DNA from: Bdellovibrionota bacterium
GTDB lineage: Bacteria; Bdellovibrionota_G; JALEGL01; DATDPG01
Assembly: GCA_963668355.1 (NCBI GenBank)
Contig: OY764265.1
Location: 1 to 64,000 of the forward strand
Direction: 5' to 3'
Length of the DNA stretch: 64,000 nucleotides
The position numbers and the translations under genes are program-made. The notes under the pieces were generated by a model. The model did no database searches. It saw nothing but the letters and a program-made list of their open reading frames with translations, and was not told where the DNA came from. Shown here piece by piece: positions 20,711 to 30,938 of the stretch (positions within the stretch are counted from its first letter, which is position 1; each line of letters starts with the position of its first letter).

Positions 20711-23638
20711 CTAAATGTAGGAGATTTTCTTGGCTTTCTTATCCGCAACCTCTTCATCTTCTTCGGATTCCTTTTCAGGCGCGGAATGCGGAGGTGCAGA
20801 AGCGCCTAAATCGGCTTCCAATTCCTTCGTCCGTCGACGTGCATCTCGAAAGGTCGGATCAACATCATTGATTCGAGCAAAAAGTTTATAGGCTTCCTGA
20901 ATCTTACCGTGCCCAATATAGGCTTCCGCCAACTCATAACTCAATCCCAGAGCTTCTTCGGAAGATGGTTTGGTTTGAGCCAAAGCCTTTCGATATACAT
21001 CTATCGCTTCATTGAACTCCCTTTTCCCCATCAAGCAAAGCCCGATCATGGAGGCACAATCAATCGAAATTTTTGGATCTGCGCTGGCCAAATCAAACTC
21101 ATGAATGGCTTCATCCAGCAATCCCATTTCCTTATAGGCAATTCCAAGATTGTAATGAGTTTGAAAATCCCCCTTTGAAACAGTTCGGGCGATGCCTTTC
21201 TTGAATTCCGTGATGACTTCCTCCGGACTCAAGTATTCCTCTTGATCCCCCTTCTTTTGGAACAACTGTCCCTCAAGCTCCTGGATCTCGTCTTCCAACT
21301 CAGAAGACAAATCAAACATGGAATCCCCAGACTGCATGACACGCTGAGTTTCTGGAGAAGCTTCAGAGACTTCATCAGACAAAACCTTCATGACGGCTTT
21401 GCGTTCAGAGCCTCGTCGTTCTGGACGAACCTCCTCCGGCCCCTCTTCCTTCAATACGGGCCTGGATACAGGTGTAGAAGGTTGGGCCTGCTGGATCTCA
21501 GCCAAACGTTCTTTTGCCTCCACATGGTTGGGATCAGATTCAATAATCGATTCATAAATATCAACGGCCTCATCAATGAGTCCTTCTTGAACAAAGAATG
21601 CTGCTTCTTCCAGCTCAGTTCCAAAGGGCGTCTCATCCTCATCTTCGATCACAACTTTTTCTTCGGACGCTTCCAAAGCAGAATCATCTTCTTCGTCTAA
21701 AAGGAGTTCATCTTCAGCTTCGGGCCCTTCCTCGAACTCAGACTCCAGCTCCACTTCTGGAGAGGAAAGAGATTCCAGGGAAGCCTCTGGCTCCACGGAA
21801 ACCTCCATCTCCACCGATTCAGATTCAAGTTCAGGGGCCACTTCCAGACTCGGTTCAACCTCGGACTCCACCGAATCCCCTGATTCGACCGAAGGTTCCG
21901 GTTCGATTTCGAGATCGCTTTCGACATTGGGTTCAAAAAACGTTTTTTCTTCATTGGAATCGGAGGTTTCCTCAGAAACCTCAAAAGACGAGTCTTCCGA
22001 AGGAATTTCGAAATCTTCGGATGCCAACTCCGCATCTAGGTTCATCTCAAGAGCATTCGAATCATCCTCGGGAGAAGCCTCAAACTCGCTTGCATCAAAC
22101 TCTATGGATGGCCCCGAGGAAATCTCAAGAGATTCTGACTCAGCAACCTCACCCGATCCTGGTTCGTCCTCCACTTCGACTTCAAAGTCATCGGCAACAA
22201 TCTCCAAGTCTTCGTCCAACGAAAATTCGGCATCGGCACCTTCAGACTCCCTTTCGAAGCCTTCCATGGGCGCCTGATCCTTCTCGCTCTCTTCCTCCAA
22301 AAGGACAACTTCGTCTTCTACCAATTCTTCCGAAGAGGTTTCGACCGAAGATATTTCGGGAGCCGAATCCCCACTTAATTGCGCTATTTCCTGGGTCAAT
22401 TCCGCGACGACTTCGTCTTGACCGGATGCACAAGCCACTTTCGATGCATCCTCCAAAACCTGTTTGAGACCCGGCAGATCACCTTTTGTTCGAAAAGCCT
22501 CAATCAGTTTGGCACGAATACGAGAATCCGATGGGTCCGCCACAACCATTCGTTGGAGCGTTGTACAAGCTTTCTCAACCAAGCCATATTTGAGAAACAC
22601 ATCGATTTCATCAAAAATCTTCGACGGAGAGTCGGAGGTCGAAGCCGGAGATGACGAGGAGGGAGAAGGCGAAGGGACGGACTCCGACTCAGAAACAGCC
22701 AAGTCATCTTCCGGCTCAATCACTTCCAGTTCGTCTTCAACGGCGGGAACCCCTTCTACAGATGGAGTAGCCGGAACCTTAAAACCTAAGGTTTTTAATT
22801 TGGCTGAAATTCGCTCTTTCTCTTCGATCAAACCTTTCTCATCCAAGACGCCGAGAAGTTCCGTGTATACGGATTTGGCTTTTTCAGGTTGTTGCAAATC
22901 AATGAAGGAGCGAGCCAAGAGCTCCAACACACGTTCGTTTTTGGAAGAGGACTGAAAAAGCTTTTGCAAGATTTCGAGCGCCTTTTTAGGTTCAGCAATT
23001 TTTAAATAAATCTCACTCAGCTCACACTTCATCTCGTCGTCGGCTAAACCGAGGGCTTCCATCTTTTCGGCGACTTTGGCGAGATCTTGAAAATTTCGTT
23101 TCGCTTTTAGATCTTCGGTTACGGTTTTGAATTGCTCTGTGGCCGCTTCCGTGTGCCCTTCTTTGGCATAAAGCTCAGCAAGCTTCACCTTGCTCGCGGT
23201 ATTTTCCGGATCCAACTCCGCCATTTTCTTAAGGACATCCAAGGACTCCTTTTTCAAGCCTTGATTTTCATAATGACGAACAACGATTTGATATTGCTTC
23301 ATGGCCTCACTATTGAGACCCAGTTGTTGATACAATTCGGCCAACCGCAAATAGACTTTAATCAGCCCCGGATCGAGTTTTAAAATTTGCTTGAAGACGG
23401 CAACCGCTTTTAAGAAGAAACCATCCTTGGCGTAATGTTCGCCAACACGTCGATACGTATCGCACGCCGCCTCGACACTTCCAACTTTGGCCTGAAGATC
23501 TCCGACCTTCAAGAGAGTGCGAACATCCGAGGGGTCATTTTCGACCACCTGTTGATATTCCTTGATCGCATCCTGGATCTTCCCCTTTTGGAGAAGTTTT
23601 TGCGCTTTGGTTAGCGATTTATTTCGATTGAAGGCCAA
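20711..23638 (-). CDS. Large TPR protein, SgmX-like type IV pilus activator
   Basis: N-terminal TPRs (DGFFLKAVAVFKQILKLDP, LAELYQQLGL), long acidic linker, C-terminal TPRs (THYNLGIAYKEMGLLDEAI) ending KISYI; position between accC and exeA matches the M. xanthus sgmX locus as recalled. Confidence 0.78.
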   Translation of the reverse strand: MAFNRNKSLTKAQKLLQKGKIQDAIKEYQQVVENDPSDVRTLLKVGDLQAKVGSVEAACDTYRRVGEHYAKDGFFLKAVAVFKQILKLDPGLIKVYLRLAELYQQLGLNSEAMKQYQIVVRHYENQGLKKESLDVLKKMAELDPENTASKVKLAELYAKEGHTEAATEQFKTVTEDLKAKRNFQDLAKVAEKMEALGLADDEMKCELSEIYLKIAEPKKALEILQKLFQSSSKNERVLELLARSFIDLQQPEKAKSVYTELLGVLDEKGLIEEKERISAKLKTLGFKVPATPSVEGVPAVEDELEVIEPEDDLAVSESESVPSPSPSSSSPASTSDSPSKIFDEIDVFLKYGLVEKACTTLQRMVVADPSDSRIRAKLIEAFRTKGDLPGLKQVLEDASKVACASGQDEVVAELTQEIAQLSGDSAPEISSVETSSEELVEDEVVLLEEESEKDQAPMEGFERESEGADAEFSLDEDLEIVADDFEVEVEDEPGSGEVAESESLEISSGPSIEFDASEFEASPEDDSNALEMNLDAELASEDFEIPSEDSSFEVSEETSDSNEEKTFFEPNVESDLEIEPEPSVESGDSVESEVEPSLEVAPELESESVEMEVSVEPEASLESLSSPEVELESEFEEGPEAEDELLLDEEDDSALEASEEKVVIEDEDETPFGTELEEAAFFVQEGLIDEAVDIYESIIESDPNHVEAKERLAEIQQAQPSTPVSRPVLKEEGPEEVRPERRGSERKAVMKVLSDEVSEASPETQRVMQSGDSMFDLSSELEDEIQELEGQLFQKKGDQEEYLSPEEVITEFKKGIARTVSKGDFQTHYNLGIAYKEMGLLDEAIHEFDLASADPKISIDCASMIGLCLMGKREFNEAIDVYRKALAQTKPSSEEALGLSYELAEAYIGHGKIQEAYKLFARINDVDPTFRDARRRTKELEADLGASAPPHSAPEKESEEDEEVADKKAKKISYI

Positions 23639-23773
23639 ATCAAGTCTCTCAATTTACACACAAATATCTTCCTCCGAACGCACGATGACGTTCAGAGCAG
23701 AGAAATCTGCATATCCTTTTATTATAGAGCTTTTTTCCCTTTTTATGTAAAAAAAGTTCCCCATTTATGAGGA

Positions 23774-25123
23774 TTATTTACTCTTTAAATTCAGCAGGTT
23801 GTCTAGATATCGTACGTGGGTCTTCCCATTTAGGAACTCTTCATCCATTAAGATGCGTTCATGTAAGGGAATATTTGTGTAAATTCCCTCCACCAAGAAT
23901 TCCTTCAAAGCGGCTCGACTTCGCGCCACGGCCTCTTCTCGATCAACCCCTTTCACAATCAGCTTTGCAATCAGGGAGTCATAATAAGGGCTAATCGTAC
24001 ACCCGTCATAAGCAGCCGAGTCAACCCGAACTCCCAATCCTCCAGGGACATGATACCCAGTAATTTCTCCGGAAGAAGGGTAAAATTTCTCAGGGTCTTC
24101 TGCATTGATCCGCATTTCGATTGCATGACCCGAAAACTGTATATCTTCCTGAGTCATTGGCAAAGGGTCACCCGCGGCAATCCTGACCTGAAGACGAACA
24201 AGGTCTCGGCCCACAATCATTTCCGTAATCGGGTGCTCTACTTGAATCCGCGTGTTCATCTCCAGGAAATAGAACTGCTGATCCTCATCCATCAAAAACT
24301 CAACGGTTCCCAAGCTCTGGTAACCGATTTTGCGAATGGCTTCCGTAATTATCTTGCCCATTCTTTCACGTGTCTCAGGAGAAACAGCGGGGGAAGGCGC
24401 TTCTTCGAGAACTTTTTGATACCGACGCTGGATCGAACAATCTCGTTCTCCAAAGTGAACGACATTTCCGTGCATATCGGCTGCAATTTGAAATTCGATA
24501 TGCCTTCCGGTGGTCAAATATCGTTCAATATATAAACGGGAATCACCAAAAGCAGAAAGAGCCTCTGCCCTCGCAGTGGTCAGCGTATTAAAAAGTTGCT
24601 CCTTATCCCGAACAATTTTGATTCCTCGTCCGCCGCCTCCCGCAGTCGCCTTCACAATGACGGGAAGTCCGATTTCTTCCACGACCCTTGCAGCCTCTTC
24701 CATATTTTCCGGATTCACCTCAACCCCCGGAAGCAAACGAAGTCCTGCTTCGGTCATAGCCTTTCGGGCCTGTAATTTGTCCCCCATGGTGGCGATATTT
24801 TCTGAAGTTGGCCCGATGAACGTAATGCCGCATTTTTCACAAACCCGAGCGAACTCAGCATTTTCGGCCAAGAAACCATATCCGGGATGAATGGCATCCG
24901 AATTGGTGATTTCAGCAGCACTCAAGATCCGAGGAATCGCCAAGTAACTCTCCCGCGGCTCCTTGGGTCCGATGCACACAGACTCATCTGCCAGCTTCAC
25001 ATGAAGCGACTCTCGATCCACATCTGAATGAACCGCGACCGTTGAGATACCGAGTTCTTTGAGAGAGCGAATGATTCGTAGAGCGATTTCGCCTCGATTC
25101 GCGACCAATACTTTTTTAAACAT
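23774..25123 (-). CDS. accC: Acetyl-CoA carboxylase biotin carboxylase
   Basis: KVLVANRGEIA, HPGYGFLAEN, GGGGRG, ERDCSIQRR, EMNTRIQVEH, YYDSLIAK. Confidence 0.98.
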   Translation of the reverse strand: MFKKVLVANRGEIALRIIRSLKELGISTVAVHSDVDRESLHVKLADESVCIGPKEPRESYLAIPRILSAAEITNSDAIHPGYGFLAENAEFARVCEKCGITFIGPTSENIATMGDKLQARKAMTEAGLRLLPGVEVNPENMEEAARVVEEIGLPVIVKATAGGGGRGIKIVRDKEQLFNTLTTARAEALSAFGDSRLYIERYLTTGRHIEFQIAADMHGNVVHFGERDCSIQRRYQKVLEEAPSPAVSPETRERMGKIITEAIRKIGYQSLGTVEFLMDEDQQFYFLEMNTRIQVEHPITEMIVGRDLVRLQVRIAAGDPLPMTQEDIQFSGHAIEMRINAEDPEKFYPSSGEITGYHVPGGLGVRVDSAAYDGCTISPYYDSLIAKLIVKGVDREEAVARSRAALKEFLVEGIYTNIPLHERILMDEEFLNGKTHVRYLDNLLNLKSK

Positions 25124-25128
25124 GATGG

Positions 25129-25623
25129 TTAGCCCGGAATGATGCGGAACAGTTTCTCCCCATATTCCACGGGAGTACCATTCGAAACGAAAATTTCCTC
25201 GATGATGCCATCATAATCCGATTCAAGCTCGTTCATGAGTTTCATGGCCTCAACAATGCACAGGGACTGCCCCACGGTCACGCGCTGGCCGACTTTGACG
25301 TAGGGATCCGCCTCTGGAGCCGGAGCCGAATAGAATGTCCCTACAAAGGGCGAGGTGACAATAAACTCATTCTTCTTGGCTGCTTCGATTGGTTTTTCCG
25401 AAGCCTTGCCTTCTGTAGCACCCTCAGAGGACACAGAGCCTGCTTGGGGCACCGAAGGAGAAGCGCCAGGCATAGAAGTCACTGGAACTACGGCAGAATA
25501 GGCCGAGGGTTGATTTTTTCCCCGTTCCACACGTAAGCGCCAATCTCCTTGTGAAATTTCAACTTCGGTAAAATCGGTTTTTTCTACTAATCGAAAGATT
25601 TCTTTTAATTCTTTTACGTTCAC
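25129..25623 (-). CDS. accB: Biotin carboxyl carrier protein
   Basis: SPFVGTFY, biotinylation motif EAMKLMNE. Confidence 0.97.
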   Translation of the reverse strand: MNVKELKEIFRLVEKTDFTEVEISQGDWRLRVERGKNQPSAYSAVVPVTSMPGASPSVPQAGSVSSEGATEGKASEKPIEAAKKNEFIVTSPFVGTFYSAPAPEADPYVKVGQRVTVGQSLCIVEAMKLMNELESDYDGIIEEIFVSNGTPVEYGEKLFRIIPG

Positions 25624-25734
25624 AGACGCGACGTTTTATAGATCCTGGAGCATTTTGTCCAATCTGAAAGGCAATCTAGAGATCCGCAACCAGAGTCGTC
25701 TTGCGAAGCCTTTTTGGGGAAATTTTGAAGGTTT

Positions 25735-26094
25735 TTACAGCTCTTTTTCAAAAGCCGGTGATTTCTTTCGGAGCGCGAATCGCCCTTTTCCGACGAAAGA
25801 GTCCCGAGAAAGAAGAATGACGACAAAATAAGAGGGAGTTAACATTCGAAATAAAAGCGTTTGTTCTCCGAAGTGAAACACAACTTCCTTAAGATGTCCC
25901 AGTTGATTTCCCTGAGCAACCTTGGAAGCCTCTTTCAAAAGCTGAGCATACTCAACCACCGGTTCTGTGATGGAAGGAGCATTTTCTGCGATCTTCTTTT
26001 CGGCTACGGGAATCCCGTCAAAGCCCATCAGAAGAGCTGTTTGTGCCCCTTCAACGGAGGATAATATGTGCTGGAGTTCTTCCTGAAAATTCAT
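25735..26094 (-). CDS. Roadblock/LC7 domain protein (MglC-like)
   Basis: ~119 aa, ALLMGFDGIPV, GKGRFALR; position between the pilQ-TPR genes and accB as recalled for M. xanthus mglC. Confidence 0.78.
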   Translation of the reverse strand: MNFQEELQHILSSVEGAQTALLMGFDGIPVAEKKIAENAPSITEPVVEYAQLLKEASKVAQGNQLGHLKEVVFHFGEQTLLFRMLTPSYFVVILLSRDSFVGKGRFALRKKSPAFEKEL

Positions 26095-26840
26095 AGAGCC
26101 CTGCGCCTTTCCTGAACACACTGCAATAAGTTTCTCAACACGTCGATCCGGTCCCCTCCTCTAACGCTCTCTTCGGGTTGCTTTCTCATCGTCCTCATAT
26201 CTTCAACGATTTTCTGTGCTCGATTTTTCAACGTTTCGTTGTCGGGGTCCTGATCCAACAAATCTTTGTAAACCCCCAAAGCTTCTTCCAAATGGCCTTG
26301 CTTCAAATACATCTCAGCCATTGTGACCGTTTGAATTTTAGCCTGAGGCAGGGGCTCTTCAACCGAAACGGACTCCCTTTCAATGGGCGCCTCAAGAGGG
26401 GGGAGCTCATCCGTTGGCGTTTCCATGGTCTCGATTTCGGCCAACATCGAAGAAACATACGAATCTCCGGGTTCTAGAGTCAGCAAACGCTTCAACAAAG
26501 GAATCGCCTTTGGACCCTGTCCCTCCTGCTGATAAATTTCCGCCAAAATTCGATTGGCCAATAAATTATCAGGAGCCGTATGAAGGATTCCCTCCAAAAG
26601 AGTTCGAGCGTTTTCGCCTTCACCATTTTCAAAATAGGCCCGAGCCAACGCCATCTTCCCCCCGACATAGTGGGGATAGTGAGAAACACCCTTTCTGGCG
26701 ATTTCAATGGCTTCTTCCGTTTTTCCCATGGCCCGATAGGCATCGGCCAAGGGGACAAACACCCGAGACTTCGGATTTTTCGCCAACTCCTCCGTGTACT
26801 TCTTTATGTTTTGGGATAACGACTCCGACATACGGGTCAA
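26091..26840 (-). CDS. Tetratricopeptide repeat protein
   Basis: NPKSRVFVPLADAYR TPR block, Pro/Glu linker, C-terminal TMAEMYLKQGHLEEALGVY TPR. Confidence 0.85.
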   Translation of the reverse strand: MTRMSESLSQNIKKYTEELAKNPKSRVFVPLADAYRAMGKTEEAIEIARKGVSHYPHYVGGKMALARAYFENGEGENARTLLEGILHTAPDNLLANRILAEIYQQEGQGPKAIPLLKRLLTLEPGDSYVSSMLAEIETMETPTDELPPLEAPIERESVSVEEPLPQAKIQTVTMAEMYLKQGHLEEALGVYKDLLDQDPDNETLKNRAQKIVEDMRTMRKQPEESVRGGDRIDVLRNLLQCVQERRRAL

Positions 26841-26846
26841 CTCACT

Positions 26847-27326
26847 CTAATCTCCCGGCTCTTTAACCGTAAAACTCGAAACGGCATCCGTTACACCAAT
26901 ATTCACCCCAATCTGGGCTGTATATTCGCTCACCCCGTAAGCCGAAGGGGGCGCAAGTTCGAGGATAATTTGATAACCCCCACGAGAGTTGGTCTCCACA
27001 AAATACGGATTGCTCATCACGGATGTTTGAGAAACATCGGTAATGAGTTCTCCATCCGCCGCTGCCGTATCACGAATTGAGCACATATTGCAGACCAGTT
27101 GAACCCCCACACCATTTAATGGGTTGTCCTCTTCATCTTTTACAAAGAAATCGTAAAAGAGGTAGAAAGGCGAACTTCCATGAATCGTGACGTCGCTATC
27201 GGCATCTGTGGTGACTTCCGCACCTTGGGGCGCGGTGTAACCCACAACTGCTTCCCCACAAGACGTTGTAAAAATGCAAAGAAACAATAGAAGACTGAAA
27301 ACAGTGAATCCTTTTGATCTAATCAT
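26847..27326 (-). CDS. Hypothetical lipoprotein, possibly Ig-like fold
   Basis: Signal with lipobox (TTSC), beta-rich mature part (VKDEEDNPLNGVGV); tightly packed after pilQ. Confidence 0.6.
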   Translation of the reverse strand: MIRSKGFTVFSLLLFLCIFTTSCGEAVVGYTAPQGAEVTTDADSDVTIHGSSPFYLFYDFFVKDEEDNPLNGVGVQLVCNMCSIRDTAAADGELITDVSQTSVMSNPYFVETNSRGGYQIILELAPPSAYGVSEYTAQIGVNIGVTDAVSSFTVKEPGD

Positions 27327-27337
27327 CTTCCTTCTCC

Positions 27338-30300
27338 TTACCCTCGAATGTCTCGTACCGATTCGCGTTCATCCCCAACAATTCGCGGCGTCACAAAAAT
27401 CAACAGCTCCGTACGACGCAACTCTTTCGAGTAATTTCTAAAGAGCCACCCCACGATGGGAATATTGGAAACCCCTGGCAGACTATCCTTCACCTTACTG
27501 GTTCGAATGGAATAGATTCCACCCAGCACCGTCGTGTTTCCACTTTTTACCAAAACTTCCGTATTGGCTTGTCTTTGGTCCACGACCGGATTTCCTTGAA
27601 CCAACTGAGAAAAGTTGGGTTCATTACGTGTCGCTGCGATTTGCATCGAAATCGCTCCATCATTCGTTATGTGAGGCGTGACATTCAATGAAGTCATGGC
27701 GTTCTCAAAACGAACACTGGATCCAGCATTCGCGGTTTGCGTAATAAACGGAATCTTTGTTCCCGCCGAAATTGTGGCCGAACTATTATCCAACACCGTA
27801 ATTTTCGGACTCGAAATTAATTTGGCATGACCTTGACTCTCCAAGAGACCTAAAGCCAAATCCAAATCCACGACATTGTTGATGCTTCCCAATCGGAGCC
27901 CCACACCCGCGTTAACACCTAAAGGCGAGGGATAGTTCAAAGCAATGGGCAGACCTGAAAAACTCGGTGTGATTGCCGACTGGTCCAAACCTAAACCTGA
28001 AGCTGTTGCACTGTTTGGAAAGAACACTCCCGTTGGATTCCCTGTCGCCGAAGAAAAGTTTGCTTGTCCACCCCAAACAATACCAAACGAACGTGTGTAG
28101 TTCGTACTGGCTTCCACAATTCTCGACTCAATCGAAACCTGTGGAGTTTGCGTGTCCAGAATCTCTACCATTTTCTTCGCTTTTTCCAGGGCTTCCCGAA
28201 CGTCTTTGATGATCAAAGTATTTGTTCGGGTGTCTACATCCACCGCTCCACGGTCCGTCAGAACTGACCGCACTTGATTCATCAAACTCGAGGCCGTGGC
28301 ATAACTCACGGGTTTAAATAAAACATCCAGGGGTTTGGCCGCCTGAGCAGCTCTTGCCGCGGCTGCCGCCAACTCGCGCTCTTGCCTAAGTTTTTCCGCA
28401 GGAGCAATTCGAACGATGTTGCCATATTTCTCAAACCAAAGCCCTTTGGTCTGCAAAATAATTGCAAAGGCTTGGTCCCAAGGAACATTGTTCAATCGAA
28501 CGGTTACGCGACCTTTCACATTGTCCGAGATGATCAAGTTCAGCTTCGAAATATCTGCCAGAAGCCGGAAAATGCTTCGAATTTCTGCGTCCTTGAAGTC
28601 CAAAGAAATTTTCCGCCCCATGAACCTCTTGCCTCGATACTCTCCTGCGAGAATGGCAGCCATATCGCTCAAAGGCTCTCCACTCCCACCCGTATCACTC
28701 ATGAACCCCTCTTGAACATATTTATAGTTCTTTTTTGGAGCCGAAGCTTCAGCTACAACCGGAGCTGATTCAGAGACGACAGGAGATTCTTCCAACAAGA
28801 TTTCTTCGCCTTGTGCAACTGATTCCGCAGCAGAAGAAAGCTTCGGAGTCCCATCCACGGCATCTGTTTGTTTTCTGAGAATTTCCGACGGAATTTCCAC
28901 ATCGACATACAGGGCATTCCCGTCTTGAGACACGGCGTACGCGACCTGTTGTTCCAAATCCAATTCAAATTCCGTATCGCCATTCATTGACTTCGGCGTA
29001 ATACTTGTAATGGCCGTTTGAAACTCTCTCGTATCAAACTCTCTTCGAAGAATTTGGCTTTCCAGTCTCGCATTCGGAACCGTGATGATCACTTTTCCGG
29101 GTTCATCTCGTGTGGAATATTCAAACCCAGGCTGATTGGCTCGAATGATCACGCGGGATTGGTTTTGATCCTTCAACTGTTTAAAACCGACTCCGGAAAT
29201 GGAAATCGGTTCTCCCATGATGGGTGCCGCCACTTCTTCAACCGGTCCAGCTTCTATCGGAAGAGGCTCTTCCACTGGCGCAGCCATTTCAGCTTCCGCC
29301 ATAGGAGCTTCAAAAGGTTCTTCTTGCGCGGGCATGGGTTCTTCGGCTTCCAAAGGAGCCAAAGGTTGTTCTTCTGCAAAGGCAGGAGCTGGAGCCGCAG
29401 CCACCACCGTCAAAACCAAAACGTTGCCTTGCCGATCAATCGTGTAAGGCGGAGCGGCGCTATGAGACAAATCAAAAACGACGCGCAACTGGCCTTCCGT
29501 CTCACCCAAACGAATCTGCTTAATCTCTGGAGTATCCAAGGGGATATCCGTTCCTCCAGCATAGTGATTTTGAATCCCTTTCAAATCCACAACCAGGCGA
29601 GAAGGATCCTCCAAGATAAAGTCTTCGTAATCCGAAATGGCTCCATTTCCCATGAGACGAATCACCGTTCCATCTGCGCTGGACTCAAATTGCACATCAT
29701 TGAGTTCGGTGGCCGCCAATTCCGCTTCTGTCGAATCAACGACAGGTAACGGCTCAGCTGGCGTTTCTTCAAGAGGAGCTTCAGCTGCAAAAGCGTCTTC
29801 TGCAGGAACATCCATGGCCATTTCCGGTTCCAATGGGGCTTCTCCAATTGCCCCCTCTTGGGGCACAGCCTCGACCGCCTCTAACGGTTGCTCGACGTTT
29901 TGAGTTTCTGAAAACGTAGCCGCACCCTTATCCACCAAAACAACCAATTGCGTTCCCTGGGATTCCAATTGATACCCAAGGGGTTCTTGCAATGAAATCA
30001 CAATTCGGCTGAGTGAACTCGTTCCATCATCAAACTGATCCAACGTGATCTCATCAATTCCGGACGAACCCACTGTGATCAGATCGTTGACTTCTCCAAG
30101 TGTCGTATTGGTTAAATCGACAATGATCCGGTGAGGGTCGGTTAATTGAAACACATTGGGAGACATTGGCTGAGAGCCGTTCACCAATATGGCTGATTGA
30201 TTTCCGCGATCCTCCACGGTCACCGCCGACAATTCATTCAACCCCCCCGCTTCATCTGGAACCGTAGCTGCAGATGATGCTGGGCCGCTCTTTCCTGCAC

Positions 30301-30361
30301 AGGAAAGGCAGAAACAAATTGCTAATTGGACGACGACGCGAAACGGTAGCTTCGACATCAT
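27338..30361 (-). CDS. pilQ: Type IV pilus secretin with AMIN domains
   Basis: AMIN motifs (DPHRIIVDL, DPSRLVVDL), ISLDFKDAEI, NVPWDQAF, PQVSIESRIVEA, PGVSNIPIVGWLF, ELLIFVTPRI; ATG at 30361 with GGAGG RBS. Confidence 0.96.
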   Translation of the reverse strand: MMSKLPFRVVVQLAICFCLSCAGKSGPASSAATVPDEAGGLNELSAVTVEDRGNQSAILVNGSQPMSPNVFQLTDPHRIIVDLTNTTLGEVNDLITVGSSGIDEITLDQFDDGTSSLSRIVISLQEPLGYQLESQGTQLVVLVDKGAATFSETQNVEQPLEAVEAVPQEGAIGEAPLEPEMAMDVPAEDAFAAEAPLEETPAEPLPVVDSTEAELAATELNDVQFESSADGTVIRLMGNGAISDYEDFILEDPSRLVVDLKGIQNHYAGGTDIPLDTPEIKQIRLGETEGQLRVVFDLSHSAAPPYTIDRQGNVLVLTVVAAAPAPAFAEEQPLAPLEAEEPMPAQEEPFEAPMAEAEMAAPVEEPLPIEAGPVEEVAAPIMGEPISISGVGFKQLKDQNQSRVIIRANQPGFEYSTRDEPGKVIITVPNARLESQILRREFDTREFQTAITSITPKSMNGDTEFELDLEQQVAYAVSQDGNALYVDVEIPSEILRKQTDAVDGTPKLSSAAESVAQGEEILLEESPVVSESAPVVAEASAPKKNYKYVQEGFMSDTGGSGEPLSDMAAILAGEYRGKRFMGRKISLDFKDAEIRSIFRLLADISKLNLIISDNVKGRVTVRLNNVPWDQAFAIILQTKGLWFEKYGNIVRIAPAEKLRQERELAAAAARAAQAAKPLDVLFKPVSYATASSLMNQVRSVLTDRGAVDVDTRTNTLIIKDVREALEKAKKMVEILDTQTPQVSIESRIVEASTNYTRSFGIVWGGQANFSSATGNPTGVFFPNSATASGLGLDQSAITPSFSGLPIALNYPSPLGVNAGVGLRLGSINNVVDLDLALGLLESQGHAKLISSPKITVLDNSSATISAGTKIPFITQTANAGSSVRFENAMTSLNVTPHITNDGAISMQIAATRNEPNFSQLVQGNPVVDQRQANTEVLVKSGNTTVLGGIYSIRTSKVKDSLPGVSNIPIVGWLFRNYSKELRRTELLIFVTPRIVGDERESVRDIRG

Positions 30362-30374
30362 GGACTTACCTCCC

Positions 30375-30938
30375 TCATCCTTCCTCTTGGAACTTGATTT
30401 CAAGTTCCTTTTGTTGGTCTTTTTTCTTTTCATCGCGAATGGCCAATACCGATTCACGCACCACAAGCTTCCCCGTAGGGTCACGATATTCTTCTTCGAC
30501 ATACAATGCTCGACGAGTAATACGGGCGACTCGACCGCGGTTCTTGCCGATTCTCATATTCTTCCGAACAATGAATGTTTCATTGTTGGGCGCCAATACC
30601 AATGCCCTGGGACTTGAAATTCCCGAGACAATGGCCGTTACGTTCAATTGATTCAAATTAAACATCTCCAAAGGAGACCTTGGCAGAGCAACTTCCTGTA
30701 CAGACTCCCCCGTATATTTTTGAAACGGATTTCGTTTTCCCACAGGGTTATAGGTATAGGTATCTTTGATCTCCCCAAATATGGAGGGAATGGGCGCTTT
30801 CTTTCCAGTCGTTACCGCAGCTCTCTTGGTTGGAGCGCGCCCGACTGAACGCCTTGCCTGAGGCTCATCCTCACTACATCCAATCACCAACACCAAGATA
30901 AAAAGAAACCCCGTCAATGAAGAAGCGAATCTCATCAT
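30375..30938 (-). CDS. pilP: Type IV pilus assembly lipoprotein PilP
   Basis: Lipobox VIGC, YNPVGKRNPF, PLEMFNLNQL, IGKNRG; synteny. Confidence 0.92.
   Translation of the reverse strand: MMRFASSLTGFLFILVLVIGCSEDEPQARRSVGRAPTKRAAVTTGKKAPIPSIFGEIKDTYTYNPVGKRNPFQKYTGESVQEVALPRSPLEMFNLNQLNVTAIVSGISSPRALVLAPNNETFIVRKNMRIGKNRGRVARITRRALYVEEEYRDPTGKLVVRESVLAIRDEKKKDQQKELEIKFQEEG

Noticed and set aside
21598..22467. 289-aa Pro/Arg-rich plus-strand ORF
   Set aside because: Antisense artefact of the low-complexity acidic linker.
30362..30502. Extended PilQ N-terminus in the ORF track
   Set aside because: Overlaps pilP; ATG 30361 has a GGAGG RBS and is followed by a signal peptide.
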